From the NCBI GenBank assembly GCA_033763735.1, contig JANRJY010000026.1:101343-165342 (forward strand): DNA of 64,000 nucleotides, written 5' to 3'. Made by a program: the position numbers and the translations under genes. The stretch's first letter is position 1. Every line of letters begins with the position of its first letter. The notes beneath the pieces were generated by a model. The model had not been told where the DNA came from. It did no database searches and was given only the letters and a program-made list of their open reading frames with translations. Source of the stretch: Bacteroidota bacterium. GTDB taxonomy: Bacteria; Bacteroidota; Bacteroidia; Cytophagales; UBA9547. Positions 40,368 to 50,100 of the stretch are shown piece by piece.

Positions 40368-41180
40368 ATGAACAAAACAAGTAAAAAAAGCTCTTCTAAT
40401 TTCAGTGGTATGTTTGCAGGTGCTGCCATTTTGATATGTTTAATCGTAGGACACCTAATTTTCCATTTGATTATGGGTAATGGTGCAAACTTTGAAGGTG
40501 GCACCAATGAAGGTCATCCCCTACCTGGAAATTATTTGGGTATAGTATACAAAGGAGGCTTTATCGTTCCTGTATTAATGTCATTTTTTTTAATAGTATT
40601 TGTAGTTTCAATTGAGCGTTTTCTAACACTTGGCAAAGCCAGTGGTGCTGGTTCCATTGAATCATTTGTATTTAAAGTTCGTGACTTGTTAAGCGCTAAT
40701 AATATTGATGGAGCTATTGCTGAGTGCGATAAACAAAAAGGTTCTGTAGGAAATGTAGTAAGAGCTACCTTAGAAAAATATCGTGAAATGACTACTGCTA
40801 CCAATTTTGACAAAGACCAAAAAATAGCTGCAATTCAAAAACAAACAGAAGAAGCTACATCTTTAGAATTGCCAATGTTAGAAAAAAATCTTTCTATCCT
40901 TTCAACTTTAGCCTCAGTTGCTACTCTAGTAGCACTTTTGGGAACTGTACTTGGTATGATTCGTGCATTTGCTGCAATGTCATCGGCAGGTGCTCCTGAT
41001 GCTACTGCTCTTGCAACCGGTATTTCTGAAGCCTTGATTAACACTGCTATTGGTATCGGTACTTCTGCTATTTCAATTATTTGCTACAATTTCTTCACTA
41101 CAAAAATTGATGGATTGTCGTACACAATTGATGAAGCCGGATTATCAATCGCTTCTACATTCAATACCAACTACAAATAG
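40368..41180 (+). CDS. exbB: MotA/TolQ/ExbB proton-channel protein
   Basis: 270 aa with three TM helices. C-terminal LGTVLGMIRAF...TGISEALINTAIGI motif. Confidence 0.9.
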   Translation: MNKTSKKSSSNFSGMFAGAAILICLIVGHLIFHLIMGNGANFEGGTNEGHPLPGNYLGIVYKGGFIVPVLMSFFLIVFVVSIERFLTLGKASGAGSIESFVFKVRDLLSANNIDGAIAECDKQKGSVGNVVRATLEKYREMTTATNFDKDQKIAAIQKQTEEATSLELPMLEKNLSILSTLASVATLVALLGTVLGMIRAFAAMSSAGAPDATALATGISEALINTAIGIGTSAISIICYNFFTTKIDGLSYTIDEAGLSIASTFNTNYK

Positions 41181-41205
41181 TTATTGTTTATAGGTTTCGA
41201 ACTTA

Positions 41206-41260
41206 TTATGAGTATTTAACTCATAAACTTTATAACTCATAAACTTTAAACTCATAAACC
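41206..41260 (+). repeat. Hairpin plus about 2.7 tandem units of AACTCATAAACTTTA, abutting the exbD start codon
   Basis: TTATGAGT (41206-41213) pairs with ACTCATAA (41219-41226). Units start at 41218, 41234 and 41249. The ATG is at 41261. Confidence 0.8.
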
Positions 41261-41884
41261 ATGCCAAAAGTTAAAGTAAAACGCAAAGGAGTAGCACTTG
41301 ACATGACCGCCATGTGCGATGTTGCTTTCCTCTTGCTTACATTCTTCATTCTTACCACCAAGTTCAAACCGAACGAACCACTTACCGTTGATACACCCAC
41401 ATCCATATCAACTACAAAGGTTCCGGAATCAGACATTATGCTTATATCTATAGGAAATGATGGTCGAATATTCTTTGGTATTGATGGTCAGTATGATAGA
41501 ATTACCATGCTTGACAGAATAGCAAAAGAAAAAGGCATTACGTTTTCTGATAAACAGAAAAAAGCTTTTTCATTGATGGATAGCTTTGGTTGCCCAATCA
41601 ACCAGCTACCCGGTTTCTTGAATTTGGATGGACCAGATATGCAACGATTTGAACAAAAAGGTATTCCATGTGATTCATTAACCAATGAATTATACACTTG
41701 GGTATTGAACGCACGATATACTAATCCTAAAATTCGTATTGCAATTAAAGGTGATCGTAAAGCAGATTATAAAATTGTTAAAAATATCATTGCTACGTTA
41801 CAAGATCAAAACATCAATCGTTTTAATCTGGTAACCGGTATGGAAGGACGACCCACAGTTGAAGCTCCAACAGCACCAATATAA
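41261..41884 (+). CDS. exbD: Biopolymer transporter ExbD/TolR
   Basis: N-terminal ...LDMTAMCDVAFLLLTFFILTT motif. 207 aa. Confidence 0.85.
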   Translation: MPKVKVKRKGVALDMTAMCDVAFLLLTFFILTTKFKPNEPLTVDTPTSISTTKVPESDIMLISIGNDGRIFFGIDGQYDRITMLDRIAKEKGITFSDKQKKAFSLMDSFGCPINQLPGFLNLDGPDMQRFEQKGIPCDSLTNELYTWVLNARYTNPKIRIAIKGDRKADYKIVKNIIATLQDQNINRFNLVTGMEGRPTVEAPTAPI

Positions 41885-41923
41885 ATAATTGTTTCACAAA
41901 ACTAACGCTAAAAAGATAAGAAT

Positions 41924-42514
41924 ATGGCAGATATGGGCGAAGGTGGCGGAGGCCATGATGATAAGAAAGGAAAGAAAAAGAAGAAAGGCTCCCCAAGAGT
42001 AGATATGACACCTATGGTGGATTTGGGCTTTTTATTAATTACGTTCTTTATGCTTACTACTACTATGAGTAAGCCACAAGCAATGGAATTAAATATGCCT
42101 GACAAAACTGAAAAACCTGATGAAACTCAAAAAATCAAGGAATCACACTCTCTTACAGTTATATTGGGTGAAGATGATAAAATTTATTGGTTTCAAGGTT
42201 TGGCTAAAGACGCGACCATTGGTGATAATGGAGGAATTACAGACTATTCTTCTACCGGAATTAGAAAAGTAATTTTGGACAAAACCAAAGAAGTGGGTTA
42301 TAATTATGAGAAAAAGCTTTGGAACTTAATAATTGTCATTAAAGCAAAAGACGAATCGAAATACAAAAATATTGTTGATATTTTGGATGAAATGGCAATA
42401 ACAGGTTCTAAAAGATATGCAATTGTAGCATTTACGGATGAAGATAAAGCTGTAATTGCCAAATTTGATGGAAATGGAAGTACAGAAGCAGCCGCACCTG
42501 CTCCAACTAATTAA
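41924..42514 (+). CDS. exbD: Biopolymer transporter ExbD/TolR (second copy)
   Basis: VDMTPMVDLGFLLITFFMLTT motif. 196 aa. Confidence 0.85.
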   Translation: MADMGEGGGGHDDKKGKKKKKGSPRVDMTPMVDLGFLLITFFMLTTTMSKPQAMELNMPDKTEKPDETQKIKESHSLTVILGEDDKIYWFQGLAKDATIGDNGGITDYSSTGIRKVILDKTKEVGYNYEKKLWNLIIVIKAKDESKYKNIVDILDEMAITGSKRYAIVAFTDEDKAVIAKFDGNGSTEAAAPAPTN

Positions 42515-42529
42515 AGAAAACAAACAGAT

Positions 42530-43327
42530 ATGGCTGATATTATTTTAAAAGATTCCTGGACTGAAATAATTTTCAGGGACAAAAACCAAAAATATGGGGC
42601 TTATGAATTGAGGCATTTGTATACTCAGTATACCAATCGTGCTTTAATTATTGCAATAATCGTTTTTTCGGCTGCAATTGCTGCTCCTCTGCTTTTGTCT
42701 TTTATTGATTTTGGTAAAGACAAAGAAAATGAAATGATTGATGTGAACTTGGAGTTATTACCACCTCCTCCTATCGATCCTAACACACCTCCGCCACCGC
42801 CCCCACCCAAAATTGAATTGCCTAAGTTGGTAGCTTCTGTGAAGTTTTTGCCTCCTAAAGTGGAAGAAGACGAAAAAGTACAAGACGAAGAACCTCCAAC
42901 TGTTGATGATATGAAGGACAAGCAAATAGCTACCGTCAACCAGGAAGGTGAAAAATCATCGGTGGATGTAATTGAAGAAACGCCCCATGTAATTGAAGAA
43001 CCTAAAGCGGAAGAAGTGTTTCTAGTAGTTGAGGAAATGCCTGAATTTGAAGGCGGACAAGCAGGAATGATGAAATACATTCAAAAAAACATTTCATATC
43101 CTAAACAAGCATCTGCAATGGGGCTTGAAGGAAGAGTAATTGTTTCGTTTGTAATTAATGGAAATGGCGAAGTTGCTGATGTGCAAGTACTTAAAGGTAT
43201 TGGAGGCGGATGCGATGAAGAAGCCATGCGAGTGATAAAATCACTTCCAAAATGGAAACCAGGCAAACAAAACGGTAGAGCTGTATCTGTGAAGTTTACA
43301 GTTCCTATTAAGTTTGCTTTACAATAA
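42530..43327 (+). CDS. tonB: Energy transducer TonB
   Basis: N-terminal TM, a Pro-rich spacer (PPPPIDPNTPPPPPPPK) and the C-terminal TonB_C pattern (EEMPEFEGG...YP..A...G.EGRV.VSF...G.V). Confidence 0.85.
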   Translation: MADIILKDSWTEIIFRDKNQKYGAYELRHLYTQYTNRALIIAIIVFSAAIAAPLLLSFIDFGKDKENEMIDVNLELLPPPPIDPNTPPPPPPPKIELPKLVASVKFLPPKVEEDEKVQDEEPPTVDDMKDKQIATVNQEGEKSSVDVIEETPHVIEEPKAEEVFLVVEEMPEFEGGQAGMMKYIQKNISYPKQASAMGLEGRVIVSFVINGNGEVADVQVLKGIGGGCDEEAMRVIKSLPKWKPGKQNGRAVSVKFTVPIKFALQ

Positions 43328-43344
43328 TAATTTCTAAATTTTTG

Positions 43345-43380
43345 AAACAGCCCATTCGAAAGTTTGGGCTGTTTTGTTTA
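43345..43380 (+). terminator. Rho-independent terminator after tonB
   Basis: Perfect 10-bp stem, AAACAGCCCA (43345-43354) with TGGGCTGTTT (43365-43374), a 10-nt loop and a following T-rich tract. Confidence 0.65.
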
Positions 43381-43389
43381 GAGCTGAAT

Positions 43390-43835
43390 ACAAGCACTTC
43401 GACATGATAAGTGCGACATCAAAGTTTGTCATTAAAAAAAATAAAGTAGAAAACTATTTACAGAACAAATAACGGATTGCTTCGTGCCTCGCAATGACAT
43501 GTCAAGAACGTCATTGCGAATCCAGCGAAAAGCGGGAATGAAGCAATCTGCAGTAATACATAGGAGTTTCTTTCAGGGAGCTAGTAGAAGGAGAATAAAA
43601 TATTCTGTATTATAAAGGGCGCAGAATGCACTTCGACAAGCTCAGCGAGATAGCGTGGGTTGTCTTCCAAAGCCTGTCGAAGGACAACATAACCTTCATT
43701 GTCACCCCGAAGCATGAGGGGTCTAAAAAAATTAGATGCTTCGTTCCTCAGCATGACAATTGAGGCATAGGTTATATAAAGAAATGAAGATATAGATCCT
43801 AAGCATTATTTTGAGTTAAAAAAAGCAGGCTGTCG
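43390..43835. repeat. Cluster of GC-rich palindromic / REP-like short elements in an otherwise AT-rich genome
   Basis: Nested palindrome: GATTGCTTC (43475-43483) with GAAGCAATC (43540-43548), and TCGCAATGAC (43489-43498) with GTCATTGCGA (43510-43519). A related copy, GATGCTTCGTTCCTCAGCATGAC, lies at about 43735-43757. GCACTTCGACA occurs at 43394 and 43627, with inverted CTGTCGAA copies at about 43674 and 43820. A CACCCC...GGGGT hairpin lies at about 43701-43723. Confidence 0.75.
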
Positions 43836-43875
43836 AACGACAAAAACATTAAATTAAAAACAAAAACATTATAAA

Positions 43876-44058
43876 ATGACATTTCTAAAATACCTTGGGC
43901 TCGCATTTGCATTTGTTTACATCTTATTTGGAGCATATTTTTTATTATCTCCATTTATTTTTCCAAGTGCAGCTACCATTCCAAATGCAAATATATTTGG
44001 TATACTTTTGGTAGCTTATGGAGCTTTCAGGATATATCGCCATTTTACAAAAAAATGA
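43876..44058 (+). CDS. Small two-helix membrane protein, hypothetical
   Basis: 60 aa with two hydrophobic helices. ATGA overlap with the next ORF suggests translational coupling. Confidence 0.4.
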   Translation: MTFLKYLGLAFAFVYILFGAYFLLSPFIFPSAATIPNANIFGILLVAYGAFRIYRHFTKK

Positions 44059-44309
44059 CAAAGGAGTACATCAAAGAAAAGTGCAGTAACTTGAGGTTGA
44101 AAATGGGATTGACTGCAAACATCCTAATTGCAACTATTTCTGCATCAATATTGAAAATTACAAGTTTCAGTTTTGGTCAATCATATTTTGATGGAATTGT
44201 TATAACTGTAGCAGGTATTTTGTCTTTAGTATTAATGAAATATTTTTTGGATAAAAATGCAGAATTAGATAAATTAACAGAAAATTTGAAAGAAAATGAA
44301 CCCAATTGA
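44055..44309 (+). CDS. Small membrane protein, hypothetical
   Basis: 84 aa with two hydrophobic helices and a charged C-terminal tail. Confidence 0.4.
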   Translation: MTKEYIKEKCSNLRLKMGLTANILIATISASILKITSFSFGQSYFDGIVITVAGILSLVLMKYFLDKNAELDKLTENLKENEPN

Positions 44310-44435
44310 AATATTTAGAATTGTAATGATACTATTTTTCGCATCATTAATAATCTATTGGGTTTATAGTATGGATACTGTAAAATCAAATAGTAAACAA
44401 TAGTGCCTTACAAAGTCTTTTCAGTTTATTCTTTC

Positions 44436-45383
44436 ATGAAATCATTCACTATTGCTTTTATTTCATTCATTATTCTTTCTTGTGGTCACGATGCCTCCAA
44501 AAGTGGTCAGGATACTGCAACTTATGGCACTGCCAAAATAGCTTCTGATGAATCATTCCAAAATTTGGTTGATGCGGAACTTATGGTGTTTCATGCGCAA
44601 TATACTAGCGCAGATCTTAAGGTAATTTATAAACCGGAAGAAGAAGCATTTTTGGATTTTTTCAAAGATAGTGTTCGGTTGATAGTAACCTCCAAAAGAC
44701 TAGCTCCTGCTGATTCTGAATCTTTAGTAAAATCTAAAATAATTCCAAAAACATTAAAAATCGCTACAGATGGCGTAGCCTTGGTTGTGAATAACAGTAA
44801 TCCGGATAGTATGCTCACTATGAAGCAATTAAAACAAATATTTGATGGAAGTATTACTCATTGGAAAGATTTAGGGAAGAGATCATTGAACGAAAAAATC
44901 CAAATTATTTTTGACAATAACAATTCCAGCAATTTGCGATTCGTTCGTAATGCATTTGAACTAAATACCATATCTTCAAACATCTATGTAGCAGGTTCGA
45001 ATAAAAAAGTAGTGGAATATGTATCTCAAAACAAAAACACAATTGGTGTCATAGGTTCAAACTGGATAAGCGATACAGACGACAGTACATCAAAGTCTTT
45101 TTTGAAATCTGTAAAAGTTGTAGCAATTTCATCCCTTGATATTCCAACAAGTGCCAACGATTATTACCAGCCATATCAGGCATACGTTGCCACAGGTGAT
45201 TATCCACTCAGTAGGAATGTATACATAATCAGTAGAGAAACCCGAACAGGACTTGGGACAGGATTTACTGCATTTTGTGCAAGTGAAATAGGACAAAGAA
45301 TTATATTAAAAATGGGTTTAGTGCCCGCCACAGCCCCTGTAAGAATTATAAAAACCAAAAACAAACCTTTAAGTGAACTTTAA
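44436..45383 (+). CDS. PstS-family (PBP-like) substrate-binding lipoprotein
   Basis: From the ATG at 44436: MKSFTIAFISFIILSCG lipobox. IFDGSITHWKDLG and GVIGSNW motifs of phosphate-binding-like PBP_like_2 domains. The track start (GTG at 44403) is less likely. Confidence 0.7.
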   Translation: MKSFTIAFISFIILSCGHDASKSGQDTATYGTAKIASDESFQNLVDAELMVFHAQYTSADLKVIYKPEEEAFLDFFKDSVRLIVTSKRLAPADSESLVKSKIIPKTLKIATDGVALVVNNSNPDSMLTMKQLKQIFDGSITHWKDLGKRSLNEKIQIIFDNNNSSNLRFVRNAFELNTISSNIYVAGSNKKVVEYVSQNKNTIGVIGSNWISDTDDSTSKSFLKSVKVVAISSLDIPTSANDYYQPYQAYVATGDYPLSRNVYIISRETRTGLGTGFTAFCASEIGQRIILKMGLVPATAPVRIIKTKNKPLSEL

Positions 45384-45393
45384 TACCAATCTA

Positions 45394-47040
45394 ATGAAAA
45401 CGCATATTATAAAAATAGTACTATTGAGCACACTTTTGTTGCCGTTTACCATAATGAGTCAATCCATTTCTGATGGCTTAAAATATATGGAAATGGAGCA
45501 ATTCGGCAATGCACGTAAAGTGTTTACACAGTTAGCAAATTCGGCTCCACAAAACGCTGAAAATCAATATTATTTAGGAGATTTTTATATCAAAATGTCA
45601 TTGCTCGACACCAGCGATGATCGCAGTATTGACTCTGCAACCGTTTGTTTTAATAAAGGAATAACAGCAGACCCAAAGTTTGCACTCAACTATGTGGGGT
45701 TAGGTACCGTTGCCTATATCAAAAATAATTGGGACGAATCGGCACGTAACTTTCAGAAAGCGGTTGATAATGGTCGCAAAAATGCTCAGGTATATGCCAA
45801 CATAGGTGAAGCTTACTTAATTAAAGGCAAAAGAGACGTAAAAGTAGCTGTACCCCAACTTGAAAAGGCTGCTCAGTTGGATGCAAAAAACACAGACATC
45901 ATGCTTTTGTTAGGGGATGCCTATTTACTTGCGGATGAAGGAAGTGGTTCAAGAGCCATTAAACAATATGAAATGGCACTTAAAGCAAATCCAAAACTAG
46001 CAAAAGCACACATGAAAGGTGGTAGAATATACTTACAAGCACGCAATTTTGAAGAAGCATTGAAATACTATGACCGTGCAATTGAAGCTGATCCTACTTT
46101 TTCACCAGCCTACAGAGAAAGGGCTGAGTTGTATTTCAAGTTGAGAGGTTATCGCGAAAAAGCACCAGCGGAATACAAAAAATATTTGAGTATGTCGGAT
46201 GGAAATTATCGTTCCAAATTTCGTTTTGCATTTTTTTGCTTCATTAGTGGCGATTATTCCGATGCAGTAGAAATGCTTCAAACCTTATTTAAAGAAAATC
46301 CTAATGATAGAATATTGTTAAGGCTTTCGGCTTATTGCAGTTACGAAACCGGTGCCGGTATGAAAGATACCGTTGCAGCAAAACCATATTTCAAATCAGG
46401 GTTGGAGCAAATGAACAAATTTATTACGCTTACAACTGATACTAACAAACTATTGCCTTCAGATTATGAATATTTAGGCAAACTGTTAATTAAATCAGGC
46501 AATGATAGCCTTGGAGCAAAAAACTTAATTAAAGTAGTTAAAAAAGATTCGACTAAGTATGAAATATACAACGACTTAGCTAAGCTTGCAACGGACAAAA
46601 AGAAATATAAAAACGCAGCAGCGTATTATACTGCTTATTACAAATTCAAAAAACCGGGTTTGAACGATTACCTGACTTGGGGTCGTGCCTATTATAATGC
46701 GGGAGATTTTGTAAATGCAGACACCGTTTTTAACCAAATCATTAAAGCCAAGCCTGAAGAAATGCTAGGTTACAAATGGAGAGCATTAGCAAATGAATCG
46801 ATGGATAAGAATTATAAATCAGGAAAGGCAGTGCCACATTTTCAAAAATTTATTGAGATGGCTATAGCAAAAGATCCGGCAAAATACAAAAGTGATATTA
46901 TTAGAGGCTACACTTATATGGGATTGTATGCGCTTAATCAAAAAGACCAAAAGAAATCAATTGATTATTGGAAAAAGATATTAGAACTTGACCCTAATGA
47001 TGCTAATGGATTGATGATGAAGCAGAATTTGAAGTTTTAA
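45394..47040 (+). CDS. Tetratricopeptide-repeat protein
   Basis: Signal peptide from the ATG at 45394. Multiple TPR-like A..Y...G....A...F..A...P repeats. Confidence 0.8.
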   Translation: MKTHIIKIVLLSTLLLPFTIMSQSISDGLKYMEMEQFGNARKVFTQLANSAPQNAENQYYLGDFYIKMSLLDTSDDRSIDSATVCFNKGITADPKFALNYVGLGTVAYIKNNWDESARNFQKAVDNGRKNAQVYANIGEAYLIKGKRDVKVAVPQLEKAAQLDAKNTDIMLLLGDAYLLADEGSGSRAIKQYEMALKANPKLAKAHMKGGRIYLQARNFEEALKYYDRAIEADPTFSPAYRERAELYFKLRGYREKAPAEYKKYLSMSDGNYRSKFRFAFFCFISGDYSDAVEMLQTLFKENPNDRILLRLSAYCSYETGAGMKDTVAAKPYFKSGLEQMNKFITLTTDTNKLLPSDYEYLGKLLIKSGNDSLGAKNLIKVVKKDSTKYEIYNDLAKLATDKKKYKNAAAYYTAYYKFKKPGLNDYLTWGRAYYNAGDFVNADTVFNQIIKAKPEEMLGYKWRALANESMDKNYKSGKAVPHFQKFIEMAIAKDPAKYKSDIIRGYTYMGLYALNQKDQKKSIDYWKKILELDPNDANGLMMKQNLKF

Positions 47041-47175
47041 ATTTTTATTTACCCACACAACCTTATTTATTTTTAATAATTTCTATACAAAAATAGCACC
47101 TATCATTGTAATATATGATTGGCTTGCTTATTTTTAGCATCCTTTACTGAATTTTTAATTCAACGACCCAACTAA

Positions 47176-50100
47176 ATGAATCAAATATTACGCAACGCTA
47201 GAATTGTATTGTTTATCTGTATCAATACTTTATTTGCACAAATACCCACTACAAATTTAAGCCTTTGGCTAAGGGCAGATGCGGGATTAACAACCACTAC
47301 AGGAAGTGTAATTAATTCCAATTGGACAGATCAATCTCCTAACGGATTAATTATGACTAGAAATGGAAGTCCAACTTTAGTTACCATTTCAACTCTTAAT
47401 GGTCAAAGATTTGTTCGAAGTGCTGGAGCATATTTTACACTAAATAGTGGCGTTTTTAATTTTAATAAACTTACATTTTTTGCGGTTGCAAATATATCTG
47501 CAGGTGATATTTTTTATAGAGCAGGTGAATATGGATTTGGAATTGAATCAGGTAGTAGTGGTCGATTTTACATTAATTCAAGTGCGTCTAACAAAGTGAT
47601 ATACCCCAATTATTTCAATAATACATCAATATTTTTTGGTTCATACAATCTAAATTCAATCACTGGCTCAATTAATACAACTACGTTATCACCATTTGTA
47701 TATAATGGTGCTATGTCTTCAAGTGGGTTGCTGTATATAGGAAATGGATATGGAACTTTAACTGGAGATTTAGCAGAATTAATAATGTATAATGGGGAAC
47801 TTACTCCAAGTGAAAGAACTCAAGTGTACAATTATCTTTCAACCAAATATAATATTGGCATTCTTCCAAACGCCCCACAAATAAGTGCAATTGGAACTCA
47901 ATCGAGTTCTGAACCTACTTATGTGGGTACAAGAGTATCACTCGGAGGTTGCTTTGGCACCGGTGATATTATTACCGTTAGAGGAATTAATTTCAGTTCC
48001 GTAACCGGAGTTAGTTTGAATGGCAATTCTATATCGGGGATTACATTCTACAGTTCAAGTTTGATTGGTTTTACTTTACCTGATGCATCCACTTATCCCA
48101 CGGGAACAGATTTTACAGGGAATGTATCCATAACCAATCCATTTGGCACAGGTGTTTCTCCTTTACCTTTACAAGTAATTTATTGCCCTACCTCACCAGC
48201 AAGTGTTATTTCTGCTGCAAGGAGTGGTTCATTTGCTGTTTCAGGATCTGATTTAAGCCAAATTTCTTCTGTAACCATTGGGGGCTTTACTACTACCGGT
48301 TTTTATGACTCTTTTTCAAAAACATATCGAGTTACTATTCCTCCAACAATGCCACTTGGTAACCAAACGGTTACACTTATTCAGAATACGGTATTAGGTC
48401 CACAACCTTACGACTTGTTCAATCAAGTAAATATTGTCACTTCATTGCCATCTCCCATCATCACCAACATAGCCCCTCAAAAAGCCGCTGCAGGTAGCTT
48501 AATAACGATTAACGGATCCAACTTTGGCTCAAGTGTAGGCGATAATATTGTGAACTTTGGAGCGGTGAAAGGGTTAATAAATTCGGCTTCCTCAACACAA
48601 ATTACTGCAATAGCACCTGTTGGATTGACTCATGAAAACACCAACCTTTTAAATCAAAACTCAGGGTTGAGCACACAATACAACATTCCGTATTACAACA
48701 CTTTCACCGGAGGCGGAGGCATTACAACCAATACATTTGCTCCATATGTGTCATTTACTGAAGGATACTACTATGGGTATTTTAGTGCCATTGGAGACTT
48801 AAATAATGATGGAAGACCTGAAATAATTACCTCGCATTTTTCCAATAATGTGATTACTATTTTACAAAATGCAAGCACCGGCAATACCATTAATGGATCA
48901 TCTTTTCAAAGTTACTTTACACTGAATACCTCATCGAATTGTGGTCAAGTAATAATTAAAGATTTTGACAATGACAGTAGGTTGGATATTGGAGTATTTA
49001 ATTTTGGTGGGCAAATAAATATATTTAGAAATATCAGTAATGGCGGCAACCTTTCTGCTGCAAGTTTTGCTACACCTGTGGTTATAACTGTACCTGTTGG
49101 AGGATATGCATTTGATGCCGGGGATATGGATGCAGATGGTAAATTAGACTTAGTTGTGGCCGCATATGGCATCAACAATAATTTATATCTCTATAAAAAT
49201 CAATTTATTGCAGGTACCATTACCGGTAGTTCTTTTGCCAGTGCCGTTACGATTGGGTTTGGAACGGGAGCTTATCCATTTGAACTAAAAGTAGTAGATG
49301 TAGATAATGATGGCAAACCGGATATAACTACCATTAATAAGAACAATTCAGGAAATTCAACCATTTCTGTATTCCGAAACATTGCCACTACCGGAGTCAT
49401 CAATACCTCTTCATTGAATACACCGGTTACGTTTACCCTGCCTAATACAGCAAGTACGGCAGCTCCTGATCCGGTGCTGGGATTGGAATTTGCGGATTTT
49501 GACTCAGACGGTAAACTGGATATTGTAGCAAGTAACCCTACACAAAATTCCATTTCTATATTCAAAAACAAAACATCTGTGGGAACGATAAATAGTAGCT
49601 CTTTTAATGAAAGATACGACTATTCAACGGCTCTGAATCCTTACGGTGTAGCCGTAGGTGACTTAACGGGCGATGGCAAAATTGATATCGCTGTTGCAAG
49701 CTATAACGAAGCCAAAATAAGCTTACTTAGGAATATCTCAACACAGGGAACGCTTACAGGCAGCAGTTTTTCATCAAAAACCGACATCGCTTCTATTGGA
49801 ACAACCAACCTACAACCCCAAATTGTAGATATGGACGGAGATTCAAAACCGGAGGTGGTTGTTTCGAATTACAATAATTTTACTTCATTAGTTTTCAGAA
49901 ATTTGATTGATAATCCTGCATCCATTACAGGATTTAGCCCTAGTTCAGGATTGCCGCTGAGTCAGGTTACACTTACGGGTAACAACTTTAACAATGTCAC
50001 TCAAGTGCGCATGGGTACCATTACAGGAGGATCCATTTTGGCTGTGAGTAGCAATTATATTGTGGTTCGCATACCAGCAGGTGCTGCATCAAACAATATT

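Noticed and set aside
39746-41260. CRISPR array interpretation of the 15-nt and other tandem repeats
   Set aside because: The units are directly adjacent with no spacers, are far shorter than CRISPR repeats, and no cas genes are present in the window.
43381-43875. Possibility that the GC-rich gap encodes tmRNA, RNase P RNA or SRP RNA
   Set aside because: I could not find the hallmark strings on either strand: the tmRNA GGGG...tag-reading-frame...CCACCA ends, the RNase P GAGGAAAGTCC box, or the SRP domain IV motif. The region is better described as short repeated palindromes. An uncharacterised sRNA is not excluded.
44295-44369. Third mini-ORF (MNPIEIFRIVMILFFGIINNLLGL) after the 84-aa membrane ORF
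   Set aside because: On careful re-reading it is only 23 codons long and overlaps the end of the preceding ORF. It is too short to support.
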